DNA of 64,000 bases, taken from contig OX597818.1 in NCBI GenBank assembly GCA_951406725.2, positions 20,708,001-20,772,000 on the forward strand. The letters run 5' to 3'. Origin of the DNA: Octopus vulgaris. Taxonomy: Eukaryota. Position numbers and translations under genes: made by a program. Of this stretch, positions 26,348-40,577 are shown piece by piece. The notes beneath the pieces were generated by a model. That model worked only from the letters and a program-made list of their open reading frames with translations, ran no database searches and was not told the origin of the DNA. Position 1 is the stretch's first letter. Each line of letters opens with the position of its first letter.

Positions 26348-26397
<50 letters not shown>

Positions 26398-26425
26398 ATT
26401 GATAGACAGACAGACAGACAGACAA

Positions 26426-26460
<35 letters not shown>

Positions 26461-26573
26461 CATAGATAAATAAATAAATAAATAAATAGATAGACAGACA
26501 GACAGATAAAAATATAGATAGATAGACCAAGTATAGACAAGTGAAAAGACGCATACACACACGTACATGAATG

Positions 26574-26642
<69 letters not shown>

Positions 26643-26877
26643 CACAATGACCACGTGGCATGGTGACTTCAGAGTACAGAGACTCATATGCTCTCTGTCG
26701 TTTATTTCTAAATAATATCATAAATAATTCTCTTTTATGAAGATTTAAAATGTTTCGTCGTATTTTTTAAAATGTTCATAATGATCTGAAATTTTCGCCG
26801 GGTGTATGACTTATATGTCCATATATCTGTATATTATTATGTAACTGTATGTGTGTACGCATATGTATGTAGAAATA

Positions 26878-26963
<86 letters not shown>

Positions 26964-26964
26964 A

Positions 26965-27260
26965 GGACTCCACCCCCTCGGTCATGAATGACCATGCGAT
27001 TGCACCCAGAAAGTTCCCCTACGAGGCACAAGTCCAGGGAAGGTTTTTTATGGAAGACCACGTCACCGATGTTATCCAAGGAAAACGCAAAGGCCGACAC
27101 AGCTTGGCACCAGTGACGTCGCAACTCATTTCTACAGCTGAATGAACTGGAGCAACGTGAAATAAAGTGCCTTGCTGAGGAACACAACACAGAGCCCGGT
27201 CCGGGGATCGAACTCATTACGTCATGATTGTGAGCCCGACGCTCTAACCGCTGAGTCATA
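26965..27260 (-). mobile_element. SINE family E with internal deletion
   Basis: Colinear with 16529-16874. Confidence 0.85.
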
Positions 27261-27888
27261 TATGTTCAAAATATTTATGTATAAAATATATGTTTAAAAT
27301 ATATTTACATACATACACACTTGCGCGCGCACACACACACACACACATACACATGCGATAAACACAGTGTTGTTTGACTTACGTGATCAGAAGTTCCCAT
27401 ACATGGCTGATTAATCACGTTAAAAAAAGTGACGATGGGGGAAGTGTGTGGGCTAAAGAAACAGAATATTTTGACTAAATATCAGCGGTGGACACAGCGA
27501 GGAAAAAAAACCGTTGGAATCGGTCCAAGAATTCTGACTTTATTATTGCTGTTGATTCCACGGAATCTTTGAGCTGAATTGGAATTACGTCTGTGACAAG
27601 GTTGTATAGGTGCAGAGAAACTCTTCGGCGGTTCGTAGAATATATTACTATAGGAAATAAACGGAAGTGTTGTGTGTATGTTTTGTATTCTTAAATAGCT
27701 AATGATGATATTTAGCTTTTTAATTGTTTTTGTTTGTATACGTGACCCCAGTTTATATCATTTGCCAAGCAAGTAATCGCGCGCACGGACACACACACAC
27801 ACACATTCACTCACATACACACATGTATGTAAATATGTTGTAGGCCCTTGAAACCTAAACTATTACATATATTTCACTTACTCTAGTT

Positions 27889-28254
27889 CAGGGGTTCTCA
27901 ACTGTTTTTTTTTTCTTCTTTTTTTTTTTTCACTATGAACCCTTTTAATTAGGATTCTATTCTGCTGGAGCCCCATAGCCATTCGATGTTCAGAAACTAG
28001 TTTTATAGAAACTTCTTTCAAAATTCCTATTTTGCTTTTCATACATTTACTTGTGTAAGCTGAACTATATAAAATGTCAGAGATAGAAACCTAGAAACCT
28101 AGCTATTTCTTGAATTAAATACACCCAGAGTAATATTATTTCATGGACCCTTAAAATACTACTCAATTTACTATTTACTATTTTATTTGTGTGAACCACC
28201 AAAATTCTTATATGGACCTCCATGGGTCATATGGACCTCGGTTGTGAACCATTG
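27889..28254. mobile_element. hAT (Charlie-like) MITE
   Basis: TIRs caggggttctcaac / gttgtgaaccattg; TSD ctctagtt / ctctagat. Confidence 0.85.
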
Positions 28255-28327
28255 CTCTAGATGGAGGGAGCAGTATATTTGGTACCTTGAAATTCGTGTC
28301 AGAAACGTTTTACTGCATTAAAAGTGC

Positions 28328-28378
<51 letters not shown>

Positions 28379-28391
28379 CATATATATATAT

Positions 28392-28717
28392 CAAATGTGA
28401 GGATAAAATTCTTTTCGAAAAAAATATTTTCTCGAAAAAAATTTTATCAATGGCCAGCATATTAAAAAATACCTTTAACGGTTAAATTTATAAACAATTC
28501 ATAAATGAGGGCAAGGGAAAAAATTTTCTAATGCCAAATATGCCGAAAAATTGGACATATTGTCCATTATACATATAATTTTTTCACAATACGCACGCTA
28601 CTCGAATAAAGGTCGACAGAAATTTCTAAAAAATTCCATTATTACCATATCGGACCGATTTCAGATTTTTTCGGCATATTTGGCATTAGAAAATTTTTTC
28701 CCTTGCCCTCATTTATG

Positions 28718-28721
<4 letters not shown>
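28392..28721. mobile_element. Penelope-like fragment with a perfect 55-bp inverted repeat, between (TA)n tracts
   Basis: 28496-28550 is the exact reverse complement of 28667-28721. Confidence 0.6.
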
Positions 28722-28790
<69 letters not shown>

Positions 28791-29304
28791 ACCCTAGCCT
28801 CTCGAATAAGAAATAATGCTTTAACCAATGAAAACCCCCGATGTACAAGATGACGAGATAATCATGGTCGGAATACTTTTGGCCAAAGAATTTGCTTGAC
28901 CAGGGATGACCTGAGAACTGACAACGACAGTAACAACGAGAACAAAACTAGCAAAAAGTCAGTATGTAATATTTCTAAAATGTAATAAGTGAGCGTGTCG
29001 TGAGGAAGTGAGGAGGAGGTGAGTTCCGGTCATAAAATACCATGTAACATAGATAGTGGCTGATAATCGCTGGTGTGATCGATCATCGATGTTGCTGTCA
29101 TCGTTGTTACTGTCATCACTACCACAACCACTATCACCACCACCACCACCATCGTCATCATCATCATCGTCGTCGTCATCATCGCCACCACCACCACGGC
29201 TATCATCATTATCATCATCATTACCACCACCACCACCACCACCATCATGACCATCATCATCATTATCCTCACCTCATCATTGTTATCATCATTATCAGCA
29301 GCAG

Positions 29305-29446
29305 CCCCAGAGAAAGAAATTTAGAAAAGAAAAGAAAGAAAAGAAAAACGAGGAGAGAATGACGAGGAGAGTGCAAAGTAAAAGGTCAGGGAGTAGAGAT
29401 GAGGAATAGGTTGAGGTAGAAGTGATGAAGTAGAAAGAGGAATAAA

Positions 29447-29499
<53 letters not shown>

Positions 29500-29795
29500 T
29501 GTGATAGGAGCGGTGGAGGAGAAGAATGTAGGAGGAGGAAAGGGGAGAGGTGGAGGAAAAGAAGGGGTAGAGATGAAAGAGAGACGGAAGAGGAAGGAGC
29601 TGAAGGAGGAGTCGAGGAGAGTGGGAGGAGAAAGAGGAAGATAGGATGAAGAAGAGGAGGACGGTAGGAGGAGGATCAGAAGAAAAGAGTGGGAAAAGAA
29701 AGAGAGAGAAGGCGGAGAAGAAGGGTGGTTAAAGGAAGAGTATGGGTGGAGGAAGAGGGGTAGAGGAGAAGGAGGAGGAACAACAGAGGAAGCAA
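29305..29795 (+). repeat. Purine-rich (GA) low-complexity tract
   Basis: About 490 bp strongly enriched in G and A. Confidence 0.85.
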
Positions 29796-30233
29796 AAGTT
29801 TCTCCGCTCCGCCCCGCTAGCCCTGTTTTTCTCCCACCCGCACTCCCTTTTCCATTCATGGTTATTGGTCTTGTAGGGTGTGGAGAGGGAGCTTGGACCG
29901 GCAATAGGACAGTAGGGGTGGTGGTAGAACAGAACGTGTTTGGTAAATTACTCAGGCTGTGTGGAATGATTTTAGGGTAGCTACCTTATCTACCATCCAC
30001 CCATCGTGCCTCCCCCGTCTGACTTGTCCAGTGGAGTAGTGTTTATGCACAAACACACAAATACATATGCGTGTATATATATGTGTGTGTACATATATAT
30101 ATATATATATAGACACATATATACATACACATACATGTACACATACAAACACACACACATACATGCATGCACTCACACATACATACATATGCACACACAC
30201 TCGTGCTATCAGAAGCACAGAATTATGGAAAGG

Positions 30234-30317
<84 letters not shown>

Positions 30318-30635
30318 TATATGTATATACATACATACGCATACACACACAAGATATAAGTTAATATGGTGGCTGTGCTTTTTGAGCAAGTGTGTATAAG
30401 TGGTCACGTGTCGGATTTTATGAGTGGCAACGGAAGGTGCGTGGGTGTATGCGTGAGTATATGTACTTTTGTGCATGCTTGTGTGTTTGTGTCGTATGAA
30501 TTCATGTATGTAAATATGTATGTACGTATGTATGTATACATGTATGCATGCATGGGTGTATATATGTATATATATGTACATATATATTATTATATGTATG
30601 CATGTATTTATATATATATGTGTATATATATATAC

Positions 30636-30715
<80 letters not shown>

Positions 30716-30909
30716 AGATATACACACGCACACACACATATGCAGGTATGTATGTATGTATGCATGCATGCAAAGTCTTTGTATGTTCAAGAGATGGATC
30801 ATCATCATTGACCATTCTCCTCCTACTCCGATACATCATCATCATGACTATCGCCATCATCACTGTCGTTGTCATCGCCACGGCCGCTATCGACTAGTTG
30901 TTAACGTTA

Positions 30910-30940
<31 letters not shown>

Positions 30941-31272
30941 CATCAACAGCAACAACAGCAACAAAAACAGCGTCAGCGATGGCATCTGCGGTTGCGGCGG
31001 CAGTAGCAGCTGCACTAGTCGCTTATATCTGTACGATCCATTATTGCCGTCACACCCCCAAATTAACCAACCTTCAACAATACTCCCAAAACTACTAATA
31101 CAATCATCACCATCATTATACCCTTCTCTCCACTTACAATACCACTACTAACACCATTACCACCACCACCACCACCACCATTAATTATACCATCAATAAT
31201 GTCTTCAACGTCGCCAACACTACCAATACTAAGGTCATCATTATCATCACTAACACCACCACCATAACTAAT

Positions 31273-31513
31273 AAATAGCTATTTCTTTACTAACCACAAG
31301 GGGCTAAACACAGAGGGGACAAACAAGGACAGACAAACGGATTAAGTCGATTACATCGACGCCAGTGCGAAACTGGTACTTTATTTATCGACCCCGAAAG
31401 GAGGAAAGGCAAAGTCGACCTTGGCGGAATTTGAACTCAGAACGTAACGACAGACGAAATACGGCTAAACATTTCGGCCGGCGTGCTAAACGTTTCTGCC
31501 AGCTCGCTGCCTT
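31273..31513 (-). mobile_element. SINE family B, full length
   Basis: Reverse complement of the 17931-18165 type. Confidence 0.9.
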
Positions 31514-31876
31514 AAATACCATTACTACCACCATCACCGTAACTAATAAATACCATTACCACCACCACCACCGTCATCCCCACCACCAACGCCAACAACA
31601 CCAATACCTCTGTTAACACCATGCACTTATTTGACCTGTTTGATATAGCACCGAATCTCCTTCAAATTCTACTATGCTCACTTAAAAAAGACAGGTCACC
31701 ACCTTGATAGACAATGTTTGGGGAAAAAAATGACATGGCCACGGATGGGACATCTTTGATCATAGAACTTCTCGAACAGGGCTGGCTTATGGCTAAACAG
31801 CAACAACAACAGCAGTAGCAGCACTATTTGTATTATTGTCATCTACAATAAAAGTTAGCTACATTTTCATTCACAT

Positions 31877-32286
31877 CTTTACTACCCACAAGGGGCTAAA
31901 CACAGAGGGGACAAACAAGGACAGACAAACGGATTAAGTCGATTACATCGACCCCAGTGCGTATTTGGTACTTAATTTATCGACCCCGAAGGGATGAAAA
32001 GCAAAGTCGACCTCGGCGGAATTTGAACTCAGAACGTAGCGGCAGACGAAACACCTATTTCTTTACTACCCACAAGGGGCTAAACACAGAGGGGACAAAC
32101 AAGGACAGACAAACGGATTAAGTCGATTACATCGACCCCAGTACGTATCTGGTACTTAATTTATCGACCCCGAAAGGATGAAAGGCAGAGTCGACCTCGG
32201 CAGAATTTGAACTCAGAACATAACGGCAGACGAAATACGGCTACGCATTTCGCCCGGCGTGCTAACGTTTCTGCCAGCTCGCCGCC
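31877..32286 (-). mobile_element. SINE family B head-to-tail ~1.7-mer
   Basis: Full unit plus headless second unit inside a single 20-bp TSD cattttcattcacatcttta (31862-31881 and 32286-32305). Confidence 0.9.
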
Positions 32287-32979
32287 ATTTTCATTCACAT
32301 CTTTATATCTTACCTTCTACAACATTAGGTCATGTGATCTATGATGACCCTAAAAAGGTGAGATGGTCAAAAGTGGAATGCTTTTGATTGGAGATCTGCT
32401 CCATCAGGACTGACCTGGGGCAAAAAAAGAAAATGAAACGGATTTGCAAAACCATCAACATCACCGTTTCCGCCATCATTGCCGCCTTTAAACTCCACCG
32501 ACACCACAACCACCACTACCACCATCAACATCTCCTACAGCACCACCAACGCTAACACCACCACTACCACCACCACCATCACCAATACCACGATGAAAAG
32601 ACTTAAATTTTGTGGCATTTTAAGCGTTTCATCAAACATGATCTAACAAGTCAACGAGGACATTCTAACTTCGTCATACCTCCCTTTCTAATCAGCCCCC
32701 TCCCCACCTCCTACTCCTTTGTTTTCTCCTCTCCGTCATCATCACTATCATCATCATCATCTTCCCCTTCCCCCTACTGCAATCCGTCCTAGTTCCTCCC
32801 CCTTCTCCCACTATCTCCACCCTATCAAACACCAATTTATTATATCCCTTTATGTTGGGGTCTAGCTCTTTATAGAACTGGGAGTTGCTGTTAGACGTTG
32901 ATGTGCTAGCTACGTACGTGGAAAGGGTTGCGCACCGTGATAATCTATCATAATCTGTTATAATCCATTGGAATATATT

Positions 32980-33495
<516 letters not shown>

Positions 33496-33719
33496 GTTAA
33501 TGCCGTCACACTTCACATCATAGAACAAGGCCTGCCCAGCAAGAAAAGACATAAAAGTACGTTGTTCTTGTTGATATTGTTGTTGTTTTGTTTATTGTTG
33601 TTGTCGTCGTTGTTGTTGTTGTTGATGCAGTTTGTCCATCCATCACTGGTATCAATCGCTGTTTTTGTTACAATTATATTGATTCGCATATTCCTTTTGA
33701 ATCAGTTGCTGATTATTTC

Positions 33720-33724
33720 ATTAG

Positions 33725-33815
<91 letters not shown>

Positions 33816-34400
33816 CGACGACGATGATGATGATGATTGTGGTGGTGGTGATGCCGGCAACAGCGGGTGTTGTAGTCTTGATAGTAATGGTGGCGTTATC
33901 CATTATTGCTGTTATATATTTCAAAATGATGACAACGACGTTGTTACTGTTGTTGTTGTTGTTGTTGTTTATAACTCCTGTGATATATTTGATAATGATG
34001 GCGTTGATGTTTGATAATGGCAATGATGTTACAGTTGTTGTCGTCACTCTTTGTTATATATTTGATAATAATGACGTTGATATTTGATATTGTCGATGAT
34101 GTCGTAACTTTTTTCTGTTCCTGTTTGTCGTTGCTATTGTTGTTACTCTCCTGTTATACATTTGATGTCGTTGATTGTTGGTCGCTGTTGCTAATGTAGT
34201 AATATTTATTCGATAATGGTGATGCTGTTGTTGTTGTTGTTGTTGTTGTTGTGTTATTGTTTGTTACTGCTACTTTATGTATTTGATAACGATGGTGTTT
34301 TCTTGCTATTGTTGTGGTTGTTGTTGTTGTTGTTGTTGTTGTTGTTATTGTTGTTATGAATTTGATAAAGACAATGTTTTTGTTCTTGCTGTTACTGTTG
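33720..34400. repeat. (GTT)n/(GAT)n tracts with a recurring gttatatatttgataatgatg unit
   Basis: About 6 degenerate units between 33910 and 34375. Confidence 0.75.
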
Positions 34401-35007
34401 TCGTTGCGTTTGTGAAATCGTGACAAACGAATTTAAAGACTGAATATCAAATTTGAGATACAAACATGGCTTTTTATGTTAGCGTATATATGTGTGTTTG
34501 TGTCCGTGCGTATGTGTGTGTGCGTGCGTGCGTGCATGCACATGTGTGTGTGTGTGTTAAAATGGTTGTAAAATGATGCAATGGTGTGTTTATAATACTG
34601 TTTGTAATGTAGCGTTCTGTTGTCTAATGCTTGGGTACTCCGTCGGTTTAGACGACGAGCATTCAATAATTCGAGTAACTGAACGTCCAGGTCGTTAGAT
34701 CAACTGGCTGGCCATTGCTGAGTATTGCTCAAATACATGGCTGAATATTCCACGGATACATGTACGCGTCACTTAATTAAGTGTGACACGCTATGGGGCA
34801 GAACTGGATCTTTGAACTACGAGTACGAGCACAGCCCACCCAACCGGCTCTCATACATTTTCTGTCCAATTTTCCTCAGATGGATTTTGTTGAGACAAGA
34901 CTAAAATAAGAAATACTTACCCAAAGGACCACGCAGTTGGGTCGACAAGAGATTACACGATTACAAAACGAGTTTCTTAACCGCTCAGCCACGCTAGCGT
35001 ATTGTAG

Positions 35008-35562
<555 letters not shown>

Positions 35563-35877
35563 GATCGTATCATTGCATAGTCTATACCATAGCACGGGAC
35601 ATGATAGTATAAGGTTGTAAATGATGGTACTGTGTTGCATAGAGTAGTGTAGTATAATAGAGGATAGGGTAGTATATTGAATTAACTATAGAATAGTGAT
35701 ACTAATAGAACAGTATGGTATGAGAAAGCATTTTTGCAATGACTATGCTTTCGTTTTAGTCGGAGTACTTTATCTAATGTGTCTTTAGCTAAAGATAATA
35801 TGGTCTGATTTTAGGTAGTTTTGGTTGCTATTTTAGCAAGTCTAGTGACCACTTAAAGGTACTATTGTTGGCTTCTG

Positions 35878-35913
<36 letters not shown>

Positions 35914-35941
35914 AAGAAAAATGGAGTTTGCAATAACTCTA

Positions 35942-36142
35942 AGGCGGCGAGCTGGCAGAATCGTAAGTTAGCCGGATGAAATGCTTAGCGACATTTCGTC
36001 CGTCTCGTCATATTCCGCTGAGGCAGATTTTGCCTTTCATCCTTTCGGGGATCGATAAAATAAGTACCAGTTGAGCACTGTCGCTGATGTAATCGACTTG
36101 CACCCTCACCCGAAATTACTGGGTTTGTGCCAAAATTTGAAT
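35942..36142 (+). mobile_element. SINE family B'
   Basis: aggcggcgagctggcagaatcg...tgtgccaaaatttga. Confidence 0.85.
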
Positions 36143-36234
36143 AACACGGATATTCAGATGTACTTTCAGTGAAACGATCAATTTTCGCTGTACTAGCTTT
36201 CTAAAGCAAACTACAAGGTTAATATCTTAATTGA

Positions 36235-36335
<101 letters not shown>

Positions 36336-36381
36336 TGTGTATATATACATATATATATGTATATATATATATATATAATAA

Positions 36382-36466
<85 letters not shown>

Positions 36467-36529
36467 ATATAAATATATGCGTATATACATATATGTACAT
36501 ACCTACATCTATATGTATATATACATGCA

Positions 36530-36689
36530 TGTATGGGTACAGGACATCAGAAAAAAGCGTTGAACACAATGAGAAACGAAAACACAAAAACAAAAACATG
36601 GAAACGAACTTTTTTTTTTCAAACAACGAAAAAAGACATACAACACAAGGAATATTCCCCTTCAGTTGTCCCTGCTTCGTCTTCTCCGC

Positions 36690-36748
<59 letters not shown>

Positions 36749-36895
36749 GACATCTGGTAACTTGGCTGGCAAAAAAAGCCCACGAATGACCCGTCCTTTT
36801 TTTCTGTCTCTCTAATTGTTGTTTTTCCTGTGCGCCTTTTTATCGTCTGTCTGTCCGGATGTTTTATTGTCCTCTATTGCGTTTTTCCTCCATTT
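36530..36895. mobile_element. (TA)n-associated Penelope-like fragments
   Basis: cgaatgacccgtcc (36782) is shared with the reverse complement of 60380-60510. Confidence 0.4.
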
Positions 36896-37099
36896 TATGT
36901 GTGTGTGTGTGTGTGTGTTTTCAATTATACACATGTACGTACGTATATATACATGTATGTATATGTATTGAGGTCGATGTAATAAACTTCCCCACTTCCG
37001 TGAACGAGCTGGCCTTGTGCCAAAATCTGAAATGAATATTTTGGCATACTTTATTGAGCTAGCATCATATGTGTGTTTATGTCATCAGTATTATAAGTT

Positions 37100-37328
37100 G
37101 CTAGTGTTTAGCCTCAAGTCAGCCTAAATCCAGCAGAGAGGAAAACCTACGATCAAAAGCGTTCCAGTGACGACCATCTCGTTTTTTTTTTTTTTAATTC
37201 AGCCTTAGTGTATTAATGACGATATTGCACAGTGTGTTCTGTATTGCAGTAGGGTATGATGTACGAGAAACTTTTGCTGCTGTTTTATATCAAGTCGAAT
37301 GACTACGTAGATACTACCTAGTTGGCGA
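37100..37328 (+). mobile_element. Family F, most complete copy
   Basis: tgtttagcctcaagtcagcc...gatcaaaagcgttccag...gtcgaatgactacgtaga. Confidence 0.6.
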
Positions 37329-37496
37329 GTGTTTATTGTTGTTGTCATAGTAATTGTCGATATATATCAGTTTCGGAGCTTTCTAATATGCCTCAGATCT
37401 GCCAGGTTACCACTCTAAATGTCACCGAAATGAGCAGAAACAGATTCAATGCATACAGTCCATGTAGTGTTTCAAACCGTCTTATGACTTCATACA

Positions 37497-37864
37497 TCTC
37501 TATCTCTATATATATAAAGCTGAAGTTGTCTGTGTATGGCAGGTTTGGTAGCCTTCAACTAAGTTGACCAAAATTGAGAGTATGATGGAAGAAGGCTTGC
37601 TCTTCCTTCCGTAGAAGACAAAATTCAAATCGGGCCATGTTAACACCAAAAATAATTTACATCAAAAAGGTGCTATTTTTCTATGAAAATCCCTATTTTT
37701 TACGATTTTTTTACTGCTGTGTCACCATTTTTCGGTGTATTTCAACCAGAAAAATGTTCACTTAAAGAGAATAACAAGCTACATAATGGAAAATTTTTAC
37801 TTTTCAAAAATTCCTATTCTAAAGGGTCGAAACGAACCCGAGCAACGCCGGGTGATACTGCTAG
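37497..37864 (+). mobile_element. Non-autonomous Helitron-like element
   Basis: 5' A|TC start with tctatatatataaa; 3' hairpin acccgagcaacgccgggt followed by CTAG. Confidence 0.75.
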
Positions 37865-38276
37865 CTTTAATGAAATACCAAAGAGAACGAAAGCTTTTGT
37901 GCTAAAACATTGCACCAAGTAAACATTACACTTATATATCATGCATAAATTAAATTTCACTTTAAAACTACTAAACACAGAAGGGAAGAAAAGAGACTCG
38001 GTTTACAAATCCACTTGAAGACGTGCTGTTCTGCTACTTGATCTTCGACACCAAGAAATTGCCATCACAACACCGTGCATTTGAGTATCTGGCAGCTTGG
38101 AACTATTATTCTTTTGTGCTCTGTTGCATCATTTATTTCTTCAATCGATTTAGTCGAGTGTAGGTGTCCAAAGCTGAGGACTCTATCTCAACAAAACTAT
38201 CATCGATTACACGGTTACTTCTTTACATGCCGTAGCAATAAGCTACACTACACCTCACTACATAGTACATAATTTA

Positions 38277-38421
38277 GCTATTTCTTTACTATCCACAAGG
38301 GGTTAAACACAGGGAGGACAAACAAGGACAGACAAACGGATTAAGTCGATTGTATCGACCCCAGTGCGTAACTGGTACTTATTTAATCGACCCCGAAAAG
38401 ATGAAAGGCAAAGTCGACCTT
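38277..38421 (-). mobile_element. SINE family B, 5'-truncated, abutting (GGT)n
   Basis: Matches the 3' part of family B. Confidence 0.85.
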
Positions 38422-39054
38422 GGTGGTGGTGGTGGTGGTGGTGGTGGTGGCGGTGGTGGTGGCGGTGGTGGTGGCGGTGGTGGTGGCAGTGGTGGCGGTG
38501 GTGGTGGTGCCCGCGTTTAGCTGGAGTCCGATCTTGATAGAGCAAAACTGTGACTGAAAACATTCCAACCATATCACGTCTTGCTTAGCATAGTGGATAG
38601 TTTGATTTGAGGGAGATTTGGCTGCAGTTACTGGACGGTCGAGCGAGCCCGTATAAGTTTTTTCACTTAGTCTCTCTTTCCCTCTCTTGTTGCTTTGTCA
38701 CTAATTTTTAAGCCTGTTATTGTGCTTCTTTTTCTATATTACTATTCCTATAACGCAAACATAGCCAAGTTGTTTAGAAGTTTCCTTTGCAATCATGAGG
38801 TTCAGGTTCTATCCTACTGGGGCAAGTGTCTTTTATCAAAGCTTTTGTTCAACCCAAACCTTCACACCTGTAATTTGAAAAAGCCGTCTTCCTTACAAAT
38901 TATATCACACTGGTTCTACTTGGGAGTACATTAACAGTGCATATAAAAACACAAATGCATACATACATACGTACGTACATACATACATACATACATACAT
39001 ACATACATACATACATACATACATACATACATACATGCATTACATACACACACA

Positions 39055-39890
39055 TAACGCTGAACTATTGAGAAATTTACAGCTACTCTACTCGGATTAC
39101 AAGTTCAGGTTTATACCTGTAATTATTGGAGCACTAGGATATGTAACAAATTACCTAAGCATCAATCTTGAGCAATTAAGCTTCTCAAAACCAGAAAAGA
39201 AGCTAATTAAAAAATTAGATACCATAAATCCTCGAGTATAATACGCAGGGGATTTTTAGGGAGCTGTACCTCTGAAAACCCTAAACCTTGTGTATGATAC
39301 GCACCCCTTCTCTAACTTGAGTCAAGGAGGTCTATATAACGTCCTTTGTTTGTAAAACTGTATACGGTAACGTCCTTTATTATTATTGTATATATAACAT
39401 AATGCAAACGTGTAGCTTTTTTGTGCATTTTGTTTGCAGAAAATAAAGAAATAACAGTAATAACGTTTAATAAATGTTGCTTACTGCAAGTTATGGATGA
39501 TTCTTTTATGACTTCATTGCTTTCAGGCTTAGCTTAAGGTATTTTCGCGCCCGATGTCACAAAATGCGTCTGAATAAACATTGCAAATAGAAACTCGGAC
39601 ATTGCTTAGAAAATAAATTTTCATTTTTTAACCTCGTATATAGTACGCACAAGGGATTTTGACCTTTAAATTTTGGGGGAAAAATTCGGATTATATTAGA
39701 TGATTTACGGTACATAAAACAAAGCATAAGAATCTGCACATGCACTGACTCCAAATACTGCATATATACACACATACATGCAAAAATTCCCTTTGATGTT
39801 GTTGAAATTCCAAGAAGGATCCTTGGATCTAAGTTTAGAAACCGGCTCTTTCTCTATTGGCTAGAAATCTTGAACTAAAACTGAATAATA
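39055..39890 (+). mobile_element. 3' end of an RLE-type non-LTR retrotransposon in (CATA)n, interrupted by a MITE
   Basis: AELLRNLQLLYSDYKFRFIPVIIGALGYV contains the PxxIGALG motif that follows the restriction-like endonuclease in R2/R4/NeSL-group ORFs; 3' UTR shared with 15921-16440. Confidence 0.75.
39222..39710. mobile_element. Tc2/pogo-like MITE
   Basis: TA|ccataaatcctcgagtataatacg ... cggattatattagatgatttacgg|TA. Confidence 0.75.
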
Positions 39891-39919
39891 ACATACCTAC
39901 CTACCTACATACATACATA

Positions 39920-40082
39920 TACGACGGGCTTCCACACAGTTTCCATCTACCAGATTCATTCACAACGCATTGGTTGGCCCGGGACTGTAGCAGAAAACAT
40001 TTGCCCAAGGTTTCACACGGTGGGACTGAACCCGAAACCACATGTTGGCAAAGCAAGCTTCTTAACCACCTACCCAGCTATG
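39920..40082 (-). mobile_element. SINE family A, 5' half
   Basis: acgacgggcttcc...gggactgaaccc. Confidence 0.75.
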
Positions 40083-40546
40083 TTTCAACATCCTGCATAG
40101 CATGTCTCCGTTTTATTATTATTTTCTTTTAAACGACAGTGTAGTTTGAGGAAGATTTAGGCTGGTATTTCTAGCTGGTCGATCAACCACATATATCTCC
40201 CTCCCAACTCCCGTGTTTAAAGTCGTCGGGGAGCGGAGTTGATTTTGTTTGTTTTTATTGCCTTTACTACTTTATTTTTTGTTATTGTTATTCTCATCGA
40301 GCTGTTGTCGCTAATAAAGCTGTTTTAAAGCTAAGGCTATTGTTGATATTGTTATTGTTGCTGTCATCGTTGTTGCTGTTATGGTTCCTGCCGTTGCTGA
40401 TAAGGTGGTTTTTGTTGATATTACCGACATTATTGTGTATCATCTTGTTCTATAATATTCATTATTGTCGTTCTAGTTGTTATTGTTACTGGTAGTCTTG
40501 TGGTTATGCATAGTGTTGATGTTCTCATCGTTGTTTTCATTGTTGC

Positions 40547-40559
<13 letters not shown>

Positions 40560-40577
<18 letters not shown>

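Noticed and set aside
35724-35752. Small hairpin and miRNA-like words (also at 709 and 3078)
   Set aside because: No full match to a remembered conserved mature miRNA, and stems are too short for pre-miRNAs.
38015-38060. RAVLLLD peptide resembling a pogo DDE motif
   Set aside because: Isolated short match.
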